From an uncultured Gemmatimonadales bacterium (GTDB lineage: Bacteria; Gemmatimonadota; Gemmatimonadetes; Gemmatimonadales; GWC2-71-9), in the NCBI GenBank assembly GCA_963748815.1, contig CAVVKJ010000005.1, forward strand, positions 128,001 to 192,000: a stretch of 64,000 nucleotides of DNA, given 5' to 3'. Within the stretch, counting starts at the first letter, position 1; every line of letters begins with the position of its first letter. Shown here one piece after another: positions 51,674 through 61,583 of the stretch. A program made the translations under genes and the position numbers. The notes beneath the pieces are model-generated. The model was given only the letters and a program-made list of their open reading frames with translations, was not told the origin of the DNA and made no database searches.

Positions 51674-51998
51674 GGGCGATCCCACCATCCGTCACCCCGG
51701 CCCCCGGCTTTCGCCTGAGCAGGGTCGCCGGGGTCCAGCGTTTGAGCTCGCGGCTGAAGCCGCGGCTCGGCTGGTGTCGCTAAAGCGACGGGGAGGCAGT
51801 CACCCCGGCGAAAGCCGGGGTCCATGTTCCGGGCTCTTACGCCGATTCGTCACATTCCGCGTTCGACCGGACGCACCGAGGGGGTGGGCATACGCCCACC
51901 CCTATCCGGGAGCGTCCAAGCCGTCCCCCCTCTCCCGGAGGGAGAGGGGGATAAGGGGGTGAGGGGTTACGACGGCGGGGCAGGGCGGCGGGGGGCAG
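51651..51998. repeat. Mosaic of repeat families 5, 2, 2, 3, 1 and 6
   Basis: Units at 51651-51675, 51690-51737, 51799-51824, 51881-51902, 51925-51966 and 51973-51998. Confidence 0.8.
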
Positions 51999-52027
51999 GA
52001 GTTCGCGGGCATTGCGAGGAACCCCAG

Positions 52028-53245
52028 CTACTGAAGCTCCTCCAGCACCGGCAACCGCCCCACCACCAGCGCCCCGTCATCATCTTCGGCGATTCCGTAC
52101 ACCCACCGCACACTCCACGCCTTCGGGGTGAAGTTGCTGGGCAGGTGGACGGTCGCGAGCCGGCGGCCGTCGGTGCCGAAGACATCCCAACGGTAGGTGG
52201 CCGGCCTCGCCTCGGCGACCCTTCCCATGACGAAGGGATGGTACTTGTAGGTGGAGTCCACGACGCGCATCCACAGCCGCCCTCCCGCGTCGAACTGAAG
52301 CTCCTCGACCTGATCGCGAGTGTCTCCGTAGTCTTGACCCTCCACGAGGTCGATCAAGGGCGGGAAGGGCCCAGAAGGGAATTCACCCTGCCACTTCTCT
52401 GGAATGGTCTTGGCATCGGCAGTTACCGGTACCGCCGCTTCGTCAACGGTAATGATGGACATCGCACCATTTGAGGCGTTTCGAATCTGAGCAGCAAACG
52501 TCACCCCATCCGACGTTGCTACCTGACAGCCGCCATCGCTTGCGACCAGCGCCCGGACTCCATAGGGACGGCGCGTACCCGATGGCTGTGTCGCCGTCCA
52601 GGCGACATCCTCAACCAGGAGCCACGGTACCGGTTTTGTGTTGGGTCGCCACCAGACGATCGCGACGGTGTCGGGGGGCCCGCCGGGTAAGCGGTACCCG
52701 GCCCTCCAGAGCGCGAGTATGTTGCCGTCGCACGAAGCCAGACTCGACGCCATGGCTTCGTCGTACCCGGTCGGCGCCTCAAGTGTGGTGGTGATGGGGA
52801 CATGATCAGGCCCAAAACGGGTCAGCCGTGACGCGTTGAAATCCAGAGCTTCGACGGTGTCCCCTCGTGCGTGCACACCCAGAATGCGACGAAATTCCCC
52901 CGGCCCATCACCCTTCCGGCCGAGAGTTTCTACTTCGCCAGGTGCACCGATTTCCACGATTTGAGTGCGTTCCCCGATGAGCAACTTGTCACCCGCCGTC
53001 GCCACCGCCGTTGATCGCAGGACTCCCTCCCCGGCATAAACGACCTCCAGCGACTCGCTCGGGATGGTGCCGAGGTCTCCGAGGACGGAGCCGGATTGGG
53101 TGTGGACGAAGGTGGTGTCGCCGGAGGTGGTGATCGAGCCCTGCCAGGTATCGGAGGTCCCGTTGCCTGCGGAATCGCGACACCCGACGACCAGGCACAG
53201 GACCAAGACAGCACATGCGGCAGGCCGACCCCTACGAGAAATCAA
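52028..53245 (-). CDS. 6-bladed beta-propeller lipoprotein
   Basis: GGAGG plus TTG start, VVGC lipobox, LGRKGDGPGEF, WDVF..DG..LATV.LP. Confidence 0.75.
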   Translation of the reverse strand: MISRRGRPAACAVLVLCLVVGCRDSAGNGTSDTWQGSITTSGDTTFVHTQSGSVLGDLGTIPSESLEVVYAGEGVLRSTAVATAGDKLLIGERTQIVEIGAPGEVETLGRKGDGPGEFRRILGVHARGDTVEALDFNASRLTRFGPDHVPITTTLEAPTGYDEAMASSLASCDGNILALWRAGYRLPGGPPDTVAIVWWRPNTKPVPWLLVEDVAWTATQPSGTRRPYGVRALVASDGGCQVATSDGVTFAAQIRNASNGAMSIITVDEAAVPVTADAKTIPEKWQGEFPSGPFPPLIDLVEGQDYGDTRDQVEELQFDAGGRLWMRVVDSTYKYHPFVMGRVAEARPATYRWDVFGTDGRRLATVHLPSNFTPKAWSVRWVYGIAEDDDGALVVGRLPVLEELQ

Positions 53246-53270
53246 AGTTGCCTCCGGATGTCCGCATGGA

Positions 53271-54390
53271 TCAGTTCCCTGGCGAGTCAACTGATCGTGT
53301 CTCGAACGTCCTCCACTCACACCTCTCCACATCGATCAGCATCCGTCTGACCCACGTCTCCCCAGTGCCATCTGCGCCGATCCGCAGATCGATGCGCACC
53401 AGCGTGTCGCCGCGCACCGAGAGTTTTGGCGATCCCTCGGGGTATTCCCCCAGCGGTGTGTCCACGCACGCTTCACCGGTGTGAAAGTCCAGAACGGAGA
53501 GCCAGCTGGTCGAATGCTCAGTTTGGCCGCTCAACACAAAATCGCTGTGAATCACGGCCAAGCGCTCTGCGCCCATCGGGAAGCCCGCTCAGGAGCGAGG
53601 CCATGCCGATGATTGTCGAGTCACTCATTGGTTTGCTGAATCGCTGGATGATGTCCGTAGGCACCGGGCGGCGAGCTACCCACGGCATCGTCACCGCCAG
53701 CGTCTCGGCGCCGGAGGTTCTTACGTAGAGCTCGTTGGATGCCATGAAGCCTGTCACAAGCTTGTCGGGGATCGATGCCACGAAGAAATAGGGAAAAAAT
53801 GTCCGCACACCCGGGGAGTCACGATACGGCGCGGGCAGCGTGCCTCGGCGGATCGCCGAGTCCACGCCGGGTAGCAACACCACCTGGCTGGTGTAGTTGA
53901 CCGGGTCGAACAGCGCGCCCACGAGGGTGTCGCCGTCCCAGGCGATGCTGTACGCGAGGCCTCCGACCGGGGCGGAGCGTGTTAGCGCACCGCTGGAGAG
54001 ATCAAAGAAGTTGACCCGCTGAAGCTGCCAGTCCACCGCCGCGAGCAGGGTATCACGGAGCACTGCCATTGCGCCTGGAACCGCGAACTCTCCGGGGCCC
54101 CTGCCCTTCCGGCCGATTCGACGACGGAGCGCTCCCGATCGCTCGAACTCACTGATTTGTGCGGATGCGAGGTCGGCCACGAGAAGGCCTCCATCCGCAG
54201 TCACCTGGATGGCAAGGATGTGGCTGAGGGGAGCCGAGTCGGGCTCCTCCAGCTTGACCGAATCGAGCAGCGTGACGACTGGGCTGGGGCTGGTCGGGGC
54301 CCCCAATTGGCGATCAGTACCGCAGCCGGCGAGCAGCAGGCACACCAGCAAGCAGGGTCCGAGGACCGGATATCGTCTCATGGTCATCAT
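53271..54390 (-). CDS. 6-bladed beta-propeller lipoprotein, frameshifted
   Basis: LLAGC lipobox, IGRKGRGPGEF; continues in ORF 53271..53576 after a shift near 53580. Confidence 0.72.
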
Positions 54391-54502
54391 AGTCTGCACC
54401 GCGGGATGGGGGGTGCGCTAGAGGGGATATTTGATCGACGAGCGGGTGGTACCCCGCCTTGCGTTCAACCCGTCACCCCCGGTCCCCGCTCCCTCCACGC
54501 AT

Positions 54503-54922
54503 CTAACCCCTCACCCCCCGGCCCCCTCTCCCTCCGGGAGAGGGGGTGGTGAAGGGTTGGAGGAGGCTGCGAAATCGTTCGACGTTCACCTCCGCATTCG
54601 GGATTCGAAGCACCCGAACACCCAAGGACTCGATCTGCGCGTCGCGTTGGAGGTCGCGAATTGGATGCCCGTCCTCTTGATGGATGGGGCCATCCAACTC
54701 GATTGCCAGGCGCAATTGCGCACAATAGAAGTCCACGATGAATGGTCCTACGATTTGCTGACGTCGAAATCGCAGCCCCAACATCCTTCTGCCACGAAGG
54801 AGTTCCCATGCCTGCCGCTCGGCAGCGGTTCCCTCACGCCGGAGTCGCCGTGCCTGATCGAGCAGGAGCGGATTCTGGTGTTGACGGGCGATGACACCCC
54901 TGCCTGTCGGAACTCTGGGCAC
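54503..54922 (-). CDS. DUF559 endonuclease-fold protein
   Basis: ARRLRREGT.AE..AW.LLR.RR.LG.RFRRQ..VGPFIVDFYC..LRLAIELDG.IH, RD.QRD, G.RVLR..N; GTG after GGGGAGG. Confidence 0.9.
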   Translation of the reverse strand: MPRVPTGRGVIARQHQNPLLLDQARRLRREGTAAERQAWELLRGRRMLGLRFRRQQIVGPFIVDFYCAQLRLAIELDGPIHQEDGHPIRDLQRDAQIESLGVRVLRIPNAEVNVERFRSLLQPFTTPSPGGRGGRGVRG

Positions 54923-55068
54923 ACTCGCCTCCCCCGAAATCTGCCCAAGGTGGCTATCAATGCGCGGAATGGTGATACCATTTCCCCGCAAGTCAGCACG
55001 AGCAATTGCGTTGGCGCTCACCTCTCCCCTCTCCCGGAGGGAGAGGGGGGTAAGGGGGTGAGGGGTTA
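54504..55068. mobile_element. Putative DUF559 REP cassette 2
   Basis: Ends TAACCCCTCACCCC... and ...GGGGTGAGGGGTTA with inverted CCCCTCTCCCGGAGGGAGAGGGG hairpins (54507-54546, 55026-55065). Mobility is inferred. Confidence 0.6.
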
Positions 55069-55152
55069 CAACAGCGGGGCCGCGGGGCAGGGGGCGAAAC
55101 GGACACCGGTCCCCCCCCTTCCCGAAGGGGAAGATTCCGGTAGAATGCTGGA

Positions 55153-56262
55153 ATGATCCGGCTCACCCCCTGCTTGGTTGTGGGATTGTTGCTGCTCGGC
55201 GCCTGCGCCGACGAGCCCCACCAGCCTATTGCGACGGATGGCGCCACGGCCACCGGTTCGCTCCAGATCAGTGCGACACCCATTCAGATCCTCGCCCCAT
55301 CCGACAGTGATGGAGTTCCCCTGTTCGGCAACATTGCCGACGCGACACGCCTGACATCAGGAATCGTCGCGGTCGTCGATCGGCGCATCGATGCCGTCAC
55401 GCTCATTGATCCGAGAGGCCAACTCGTTAGTCAAGTTGGACGGAACGGGGAGGGTCCGGGCGAGTTCCGCTCGCTCGGCGGGATTGGCCAGTGTGCCCCT
55501 GACACCTTGTTCGTCTGGGACCGGATGAACGACCGGATGAACATCCTGGGTCCCGATGGTGCTTTTGTGAACTCCTACCGCCCACCGGGCGATCTGGTGG
55601 ACCGGTACTGTGCGGGTGCTACCCGGTTCCTGGTATGGACGCGATTCCTGAATTTTGGAACCCCGACTGCAGAGTCACCACCGATCCGCGGTATCGCTGT
55701 GCTTGTCTCCGCTTGGGGTGACTCAGTGGGTGGGCTGGGAGAAATCCAGGCGGGCGAGGTGTGGCCGTTGGGTGCGGTCAGCCAATTCGCCGTCACCGAG
55801 GCTGGGGTCTATTTGGGAACTGCCGACACCGCGGTCGTGTCCCTATACGATATGACCGGTCAGAGACTGCGATCGATTGCCGTGGGGGATGCGCACCGGG
55901 CGGCCTCGGAGGTGGACTATGACGCGGCCATCACGAGTTTGACCAGTACCGTACCGGGTACCGCCGAGGAAGTTGCCAGCATGAAGCAGTTCATGCGCAA
56001 GCGCTTTCCGATGCCCACATTCCTGCCGGTGTATCGCGCGATCTTCACCAATGGTCGCGGGGGCCTGTTTGTGGTTACCTCACCGCTCGGAGCTGACGCC
56101 ACCACGATTCGGGTGTTCGATGGTGCCGGCGCTTCGCTCGGCGACATTCTCATTCCCGGGGACTTGGAAATATTTGAAATCGGCAGCGACTATCTGCTGG
56201 GGATGACGCAAGATGCGGAGGGAGAACAGCAACTGGTGGTGTACTCGCTGACGGTTGATTGA
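55153..56262 (+). CDS. 6-bladed beta-propeller lipoprotein
   Basis: LLGAC lipobox, VGRNGEGPGEF, VFD..G..LG.I.IP..L.IFEIG.DY. Confidence 0.78.
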   Translation: MIRLTPCLVVGLLLLGACADEPHQPIATDGATATGSLQISATPIQILAPSDSDGVPLFGNIADATRLTSGIVAVVDRRIDAVTLIDPRGQLVSQVGRNGEGPGEFRSLGGIGQCAPDTLFVWDRMNDRMNILGPDGAFVNSYRPPGDLVDRYCAGATRFLVWTRFLNFGTPTAESPPIRGIAVLVSAWGDSVGGLGEIQAGEVWPLGAVSQFAVTEAGVYLGTADTAVVSLYDMTGQRLRSIAVGDAHRAASEVDYDAAITSLTSTVPGTAEEVASMKQFMRKRFPMPTFLPVYRAIFTNGRGGLFVVTSPLGADATTIRVFDGAGASLGDILIPGDLEIFEIGSDYLLGMTQDAEGEQQLVVYSLTVD

Positions 56263-56394
56263 CCCCTCACTCTAAGACCCCCCTCTCCCGGAGGGAGAGG
56301 GGCTGGGGGTGAGGGGTCTAAGCCGGCAGGGCCGGCAGGTAGGCACGCGACCCCCCCTCTCCCCGAGGGAGAGGGGTAGGGGGTGAGGGGTAAC
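56263..56394. repeat. Two family 1 copies of the cassette-2 variant
   Basis: CCCCCTCTCCCGGAGGGAGAGGGG..GGGGGTGAGGGG at 56278-56316 and a variant at 56351-56390. Confidence 0.8.
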
Positions 56395-56400
56395 GACAAG

Positions 56401-57300
56401 AGGGCAGGCGGACCGATCCAGCGTTCGCCACGCGGAAGACCTGAGTCCTGCCGGCCAGGAACTTGAGCCGGCGGAGCAGCGATGTGACCTCGGGAGGCGA
56501 CCCCGACCAGGCGCTCTGGAAACGACAGACATTCCGCGCTGGGTTCTTCGAGCAGGCGGCTCGGCGTGTTCAACAATGCGGGCGAGCAAGTCGTGTGGTG
56601 AGTCCCCTTCCCGTAGACGACCGACATTCCCGCTCGTCCTCCAGCACGCCTACCAGAGCTTCCTCGGCCGGAAGCCGGATGGTTCTGCGGGGTGGCGAAC
56701 GCACGCGGCGACTGAGATCCTCGCCGATGGGAGCGTACGACGGTCGTTGCGGGACTACTTCGAGGGATTCACGTGGATCAGGCAAGCGACAGTGCAGGAC
56801 GCGAATTTGCTGGGCAATCACCTGAGGTTGATAAATCGTTGCGGCAGGACGCGAGATATTGGCTCTTCTCATCGGCGGCGTGTCGACTGAATGCCGCGCC
56901 CATCCTGACATCCGACGTATAAGGTGTCGGCATGCGCGTCAGTGAGGTCGCGTTCCGAAAATCGCCGGGCCTTCGCCGGGCACCGGATTGTCGGGCGACA
57001 CGCGCTTCTTGTCGAGAATGTGACGAACGTCAGTGAGGAGAGATACGCGACCGACCTCCAAGATCGGCTACATCGACGACGCAGTGCCAGCTGTCACGCG
57101 AGCACCGAAGGGCGTCCGAGCTGATCACCGTCGAGTCCGGCCGATCGTGCCTGACAGAGAGAGCATGGTGCGCGATCATCCCGGCCGAGGCTCAGCTCCG
57201 ACAAAGTACGTGTTAGAGAGACATCGGCCGCGAGGAGGAGTTCAGTGGCCATTTTAGCACCGATCCTAGGCAGGGCAGGCGGACCGATCCAGCGTTCGCC
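56401..57300. other. Segment without an intact ORF, bounded by a perfect 29-bp direct repeat
   Basis: AGGGCAGGCGGACCGATCCAGCGTTCGCC at 56401-56429 and 57272-57300. Confidence 0.7.
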
Positions 57301-57372
57301 CCCCCATTGCGACCCTCCCCCTCCGTGGTGCATCATTTCGAGAGCCGGATTCCCTGCCATCCCAGGATTGCC

Positions 57373-58486
57373 ATGCGCCGAACCGCCGCCCAGCGGAGTT
57401 GGACTCTTCTTCTCTGCCTGACTGCCGCCCTCCCCGCCTGCTACCGACAAGGCGGCCGAGGCGAAGGACGCTGCCGCCGATTCGACGGAGGCGCTGCCGT
57501 CGTCCCTGTCGCTGCCGGTGGTGGGCCGCGAGGTGCGGAAGGGGGACCTCGTCCTCAGCGTCGTCACCACCGGGCAGGTCCGCTCCGACGCCGTCGCCGA
57601 GCTGAAGTTCGAGGCGGCGGGTACGGTGGAAGCGGTGCTGGTGCGTCCCGGTGCGGTGGTGAAGCAGGGCGATCCACTCCTCCGGCTCGACCCGCGCCCC
57701 TTCGACCTGGCGGTGCAGGAGGCGCAGGCCAGCGCCGACCAGGCCGAGATGGTGTACTTCGACGCCATCGTCCCCGACTCGCTGGTGACCGGCCAACCAC
57801 CCACCCCCGAACGTCGCAAGAACGCCATGGCCCGAAGCGGGCTTCTCGGTGCCCGCGCCCGGCTCGGCAAGGCACAGCTCGACCGCGAACGCTCGGTGCT
57901 GACCGCGCCCTTCGACGGCGTGGTGGACCGGGTCAACGTGGCCAATGGCGAACGAGTCTCCGTAGGGCAGGACGCCGCCACCGTGGTGGACCTCCGCCAT
58001 CTCCGCATCGAGGCGCAGGTGCTGGAGCACGACCTCCCGCTGATCCGCATCGGTGGGCAGGCGGTGGTGACCACCGCCGCCGCCCCCGGCAAGGAAGTGA
58101 TCGGCCGGATCGAGGCAGTGCTGCCGCTCATCGATTCGACCACCCGCTCCGGCCGCGCCCTCGTGGTGGTGCCGAGCGGCAACGGCGCGCTCCGGCCGGG
58201 GATGTACGCCGACCTCCGGCTCGAGGCCACGCGCCTCCCCGGCCGCATCCTGGTGCCGAGCCGCGCCGTCATCGAACGCGACGGCCGGCCGCTGGTGTTC
58301 GTGGTGAAGGGGGGCCGCGCGCAGTGGGTGTACATCAATCCCGGCCGGAACAACGGCGTCGACACCGAGGTGCTCCCCGATTCGTCGTCGAATCAGATTC
58401 CCGTCGCCATTGGTGACACGGTGCTGATCGAGGGGCACCTGACGCTGACCCACGACGCGCCGGTGAAGCTGGTAAACGACCAATGA
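57373..58486 (+). CDS. RND efflux periplasmic adaptor (MFP) lipoprotein, frameshifted near the N-terminus
   Basis: LPAC lipobox, G.V..V.V..G..VK.GD.L, APFDGVV, LRPGMYA, VPS.AV. Confidence 0.9.
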
Positions 58487-58505
58487 TCCGCGCGCACGGG
58501 GGGAT

Positions 58506-58532
58506 CGTCACCCCGGCGAAAGCCGGGGTCCA
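58506..58532 (+). repeat. Family 2 CGTC-tagged REP inside the RND operon
   Basis: CGTCACCCCGGCGAAAGCCGGGGTCCA, 6 bp before the next start codon. Confidence 0.85.
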
Positions 58533-58538
58533 GTTCCC

Positions 58539-61500
58539 GTGAGTCTCTCCTCGTCTGCAGTCGCCCGCCCCGTCTCCACCATTGCTGCCGTCCTGGGCCT
58601 CGTCCTCCTCGGCAGCGTGTCGCTCGGCCGGCTTCCGGTGGCGCTGCTTCCCGACGTCACCCTGCCGGTGCTCACCATCCGCACCGATCTCCCGGGTGCC
58701 GCCCCACCGGAGATCAGTCGCTTCGTCGCCGAACCGATCGAAGAAGCGATTGCCGCCACGCCAGGGCTGGTGGAACTCCGCTCGATTGCTCGCACCGGCC
58801 AGCTGACCACCACCGCCCGCTTCGCCTGGGGCACCGACATGGCATCGACGGTGCTCACGGTGCGCGAGCGGCTCGACAACGCGCGCGGTCGCCTCCCCGA
58901 ACAGGCCACCCGCCCGACTCTCCTCACCAGCGACCCCGGCGAACGGCCCATCGCGGTGCTGGCGCTCACCGGCCCCGGCGACCTTCGCTCGGTGAGCCGC
59001 ACCGCCGAGGAGGTGCACGCCCGGCGGCTCGAACAGCTGGAGGGGGTGGCGAGCGTCGCGGTCGTCGGCGCGCCGAAGGACGAGATCCGGGTGGATGTGG
59101 ACCCGGCGCGCATGCGCGCCCTCGGTCTCTCGCCCAACGACGTGGCCCGCGCCATCGAAGCCGCCAACGCGACCGCACCGGGCGGCACCATCCGCCGGGG
59201 ACAGTTCCGCTTCTCGGTGCGGGCGCTGACGGAGTTCCGCACACCGGAGGAGATCGGCGCCACGCCCGTCGGCCCCGCGCAGCGCGGCATCCGGTTGGCC
59301 GACATCGCCACCATCACTCTCTCTACCGCCGACCCCCTGACGATGGTCCAGCTCGACGGCTCGGCTGCCGTCGGCCTCGTCGTATATAAGGACGCCGGCG
59401 CCAACACCGTCGCCGTCACCCAGCGGCTCTACGGCTCCATCGGCCAGCTCGAGGAGGAGTTCCCCGACATCGGGATGACGGTGGTGGCCGCGCAGGCCCG
59501 CTTCGTCCGGGACGCCCTCTCCAACCTCGGCCAGGAGATCGTCCTCGGCGGATTCCTGTCGCTGCTGGTCATCCTCTTTTTCCTCCGCGACTGGCGTGCT
59601 TCACTCGCCATCGGACTCATCGTCCCGCTCTCGGTGTTGATCGCGCTGGTCATGCTGCAGCTCCTCAACGTCAGCGTCAACATCCTTTCCCTCGGCGGCC
59701 TCGCCCTCGGCGTCGGCCTCCTGGTCGACAACGCCATCGTGGTCGCCGAGGCGGGTGCCCGGCTCCGCGATCAGGGGATGGACCCTGTCACCGCCGCGCG
59801 CACCGCCGGCGAGGAAGTGGCGGGACCGCTCACCGCAGGCACGCTGACGACACTCCTGGTGTTCGGGCCGATCATCTTCGTGCAGGGCCTCGCCGCCGCC
59901 CTCTTCCGTGACCTGTCGCTCAGCGTCGTGACCTCGCTCTCGGCGGCACTGGTGCTGGCGCTCACGCTGATGCCGGTGATGATGGCGCGGCGCTCCCGGC
60001 ACCAGGCGAGGGCCGCGGGGCCGGTCTGGGGCGCCGAGCTCGGCGAGCGGATGGTGGACCTGTACGAGCGGGGCATGGAGTGGTCGCTGAGTCATCCCCG
60101 CCGGGTCTTCGGCATCGCGGTCGTGAGCGTCGCCCTGATGGTGTTGCTCGCGTCGCGGCTGCCAAAGGAAATCCTGCCGCAGGTGGACGAGGGCGTCGTC
60201 GTGGCCGACCTGACGCTGCCTGAAGGCACGGCCATCGAGGAGACGGCGCGCCAGGCGGGGCGGCTGGAGAATGCCGCCGAGTCGCTCGGCTCCGCGGAGG
60301 TATACGCCCGCATCGGTGCGGCCACCGACGAGGAGGTGCTCTCCGGCGCCGATCCCGGCTCCTCCAGCACCGCACAGTTGATCATCCCGGTGCCCGACGG
60401 CAAGAGCGCCGCGAAGTTCGCTGAAGCCCTCCGTGGATTGGTGCCCGACCTCGCCGCCGGCGCCCTGGCGCTCGACCTGGCCGGCCAGACGGAATTCGGT
60501 TCGCTGATTGGCCGCGAGGGCCGGCTCGTGCGGGTCGAGGTCGGTGCCCCTCGGCTGGCGACCGCCGCGGCGTGGGCCGACACGGTGCGTATCGCGATGG
60601 CCACGCTGCCGCGGCTCTCCGACGTGCGCGAGGCGCAGCGCGGCACCCAGCCGATGATCGAGATTTCCCTCGAGCGGCAGCGCATCGCCGAGCGGGGCAT
60701 CGACGTGCAGGCGGTGGCGCAGGCGCTGGCCGGCGGGCTCGGCGGTGTCAGCGCCAGCGAACTCCGGGAGACCGACCGCCGCACTCCCATCACCGTGCGC
60801 CTGGCCGGTCACGCCAACGAAGACCTGGCGGCTGCGCTGCAGACCACCATCAAGGGCGTCCCCGTGGGCGAGCTGGTGACGGTGGAAGAAGTGCGGGCTC
60901 CGATCGAAGTGGTCCGCGTCAACCAGCGCCCCGTCACCGTCGTGGAGGCCACCGTCGAGACCGGCGGCACCGCCCGCGCCAGCAGCGACGTGGCCAAGCT
61001 GCTCGGCACCCTCGCCGCGCCGCCCGGCGTGACCTGGACGTTGAGCGGCGCCGACCAGGAGCGCCGCCGCACCACGCAGGAGCTGCTGCTGGTGGCCGTG
61101 CTCTCGGTGGCGCTTGTCTTCCTGGTGCTGGCCGGGGAGTTCGCGTCGTTCACCGTGCCCCTCGTCATCATGCTGACGGTGCCCCTCGCCGCTGCCGGCG
61201 GCATCGTGGTGCTCTGGCTCACCGGCCAGAGCCTCAACGCCGTGTCGATGATCGGCATGGTGGTGATGATCGGCATCGCGGACAACGACGCGGTGGTCAA
61301 GCTCGACGCCATTCGCCGCTTCCGCGAGCAGGGCGTCCCGCTCCGGAAGGCGATCATCGCCGGCGGACGGCAGCGGCTCCGCGCCATCGCGATGACCTCG
61401 CTCACCACCATTGTCGGCGTGCTGCCGCTCGTCTTCGGCATCGGCAGCGGCGGCGAGCTGTACCAGCCGCTGGCCGCGGGCGTGATTGGCGGGTCGGTCT

Positions 61501-61583
61501 CGGCGACGCTGGTGACATTCTTCCTGATGCCGACGGCGTATTACGTCATTGAACGGCGGGGAAGCGGGGAAGCGGGGAAGTGA
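58539..61583 (+). CDS. RND efflux transporter permease subunit (AcrB/CzcA family)
   Basis: LPV.LLPD, GLLVDNAIVV, RLR.I.MTSLTT, PLA..VIGG. Confidence 0.93.
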   Translation: MSLSSSAVARPVSTIAAVLGLVLLGSVSLGRLPVALLPDVTLPVLTIRTDLPGAAPPEISRFVAEPIEEAIAATPGLVELRSIARTGQLTTTARFAWGTDMASTVLTVRERLDNARGRLPEQATRPTLLTSDPGERPIAVLALTGPGDLRSVSRTAEEVHARRLEQLEGVASVAVVGAPKDEIRVDVDPARMRALGLSPNDVARAIEAANATAPGGTIRRGQFRFSVRALTEFRTPEEIGATPVGPAQRGIRLADIATITLSTADPLTMVQLDGSAAVGLVVYKDAGANTVAVTQRLYGSIGQLEEEFPDIGMTVVAAQARFVRDALSNLGQEIVLGGFLSLLVILFFLRDWRASLAIGLIVPLSVLIALVMLQLLNVSVNILSLGGLALGVGLLVDNAIVVAEAGARLRDQGMDPVTAARTAGEEVAGPLTAGTLTTLLVFGPIIFVQGLAAALFRDLSLSVVTSLSAALVLALTLMPVMMARRSRHQARAAGPVWGAELGERMVDLYERGMEWSLSHPRRVFGIAVVSVALMVLLASRLPKEILPQVDEGVVVADLTLPEGTAIEETARQAGRLENAAESLGSAEVYARIGAATDEEVLSGADPGSSSTAQLIIPVPDGKSAAKFAEALRGLVPDLAAGALALDLAGQTEFGSLIGREGRLVRVEVGAPRLATAAAWADTVRIAMATLPRLSDVREAQRGTQPMIEISLERQRIAERGIDVQAVAQALAGGLGGVSASELRETDRRTPITVRLAGHANEDLAAALQTTIKGVPVGELVTVEEVRAPIEVVRVNQRPVTVVEATVETGGTARASSDVAKLLGTLAAPPGVTWTLSGADQERRRTTQELLLVAVLSVALVFLVLAGEFASFTVPLVIMLTVPLAAAGGIVVLWLTGQSLNAVSMIGMVVMIGIADNDAVVKLDAIRRFREQGVPLRKAIIAGGRQRLRAIAMTSLTTIVGVLPLVFGIGSGGELYQPLAAGVIGGSVSATLVTFFLMPTAYYVIERRGSGEAGK

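Noticed and set aside
54431..55156. 241-aa plus-strand ORF over the second DUF559 gene
   Set aside because: It is antisense to a clear DUF559 gene and runs through repeats, with no recognisable motif.
56576..56890. DUF4214-like or transposase fragment (HAYQSFLGRKPD)
   Set aside because: The similarity is too short to call by eye, and no HUH or DDE motif is visible.
792..58486. About twenty frameshifted genes read as pseudogenes or programmed frameshifts
   Set aside because: The breaks hit unrelated and housekeeping genes such as thyA and cydAB, with motifs intact on both sides and no consistent slippery signal. Sequencing indels are the simpler explanation.
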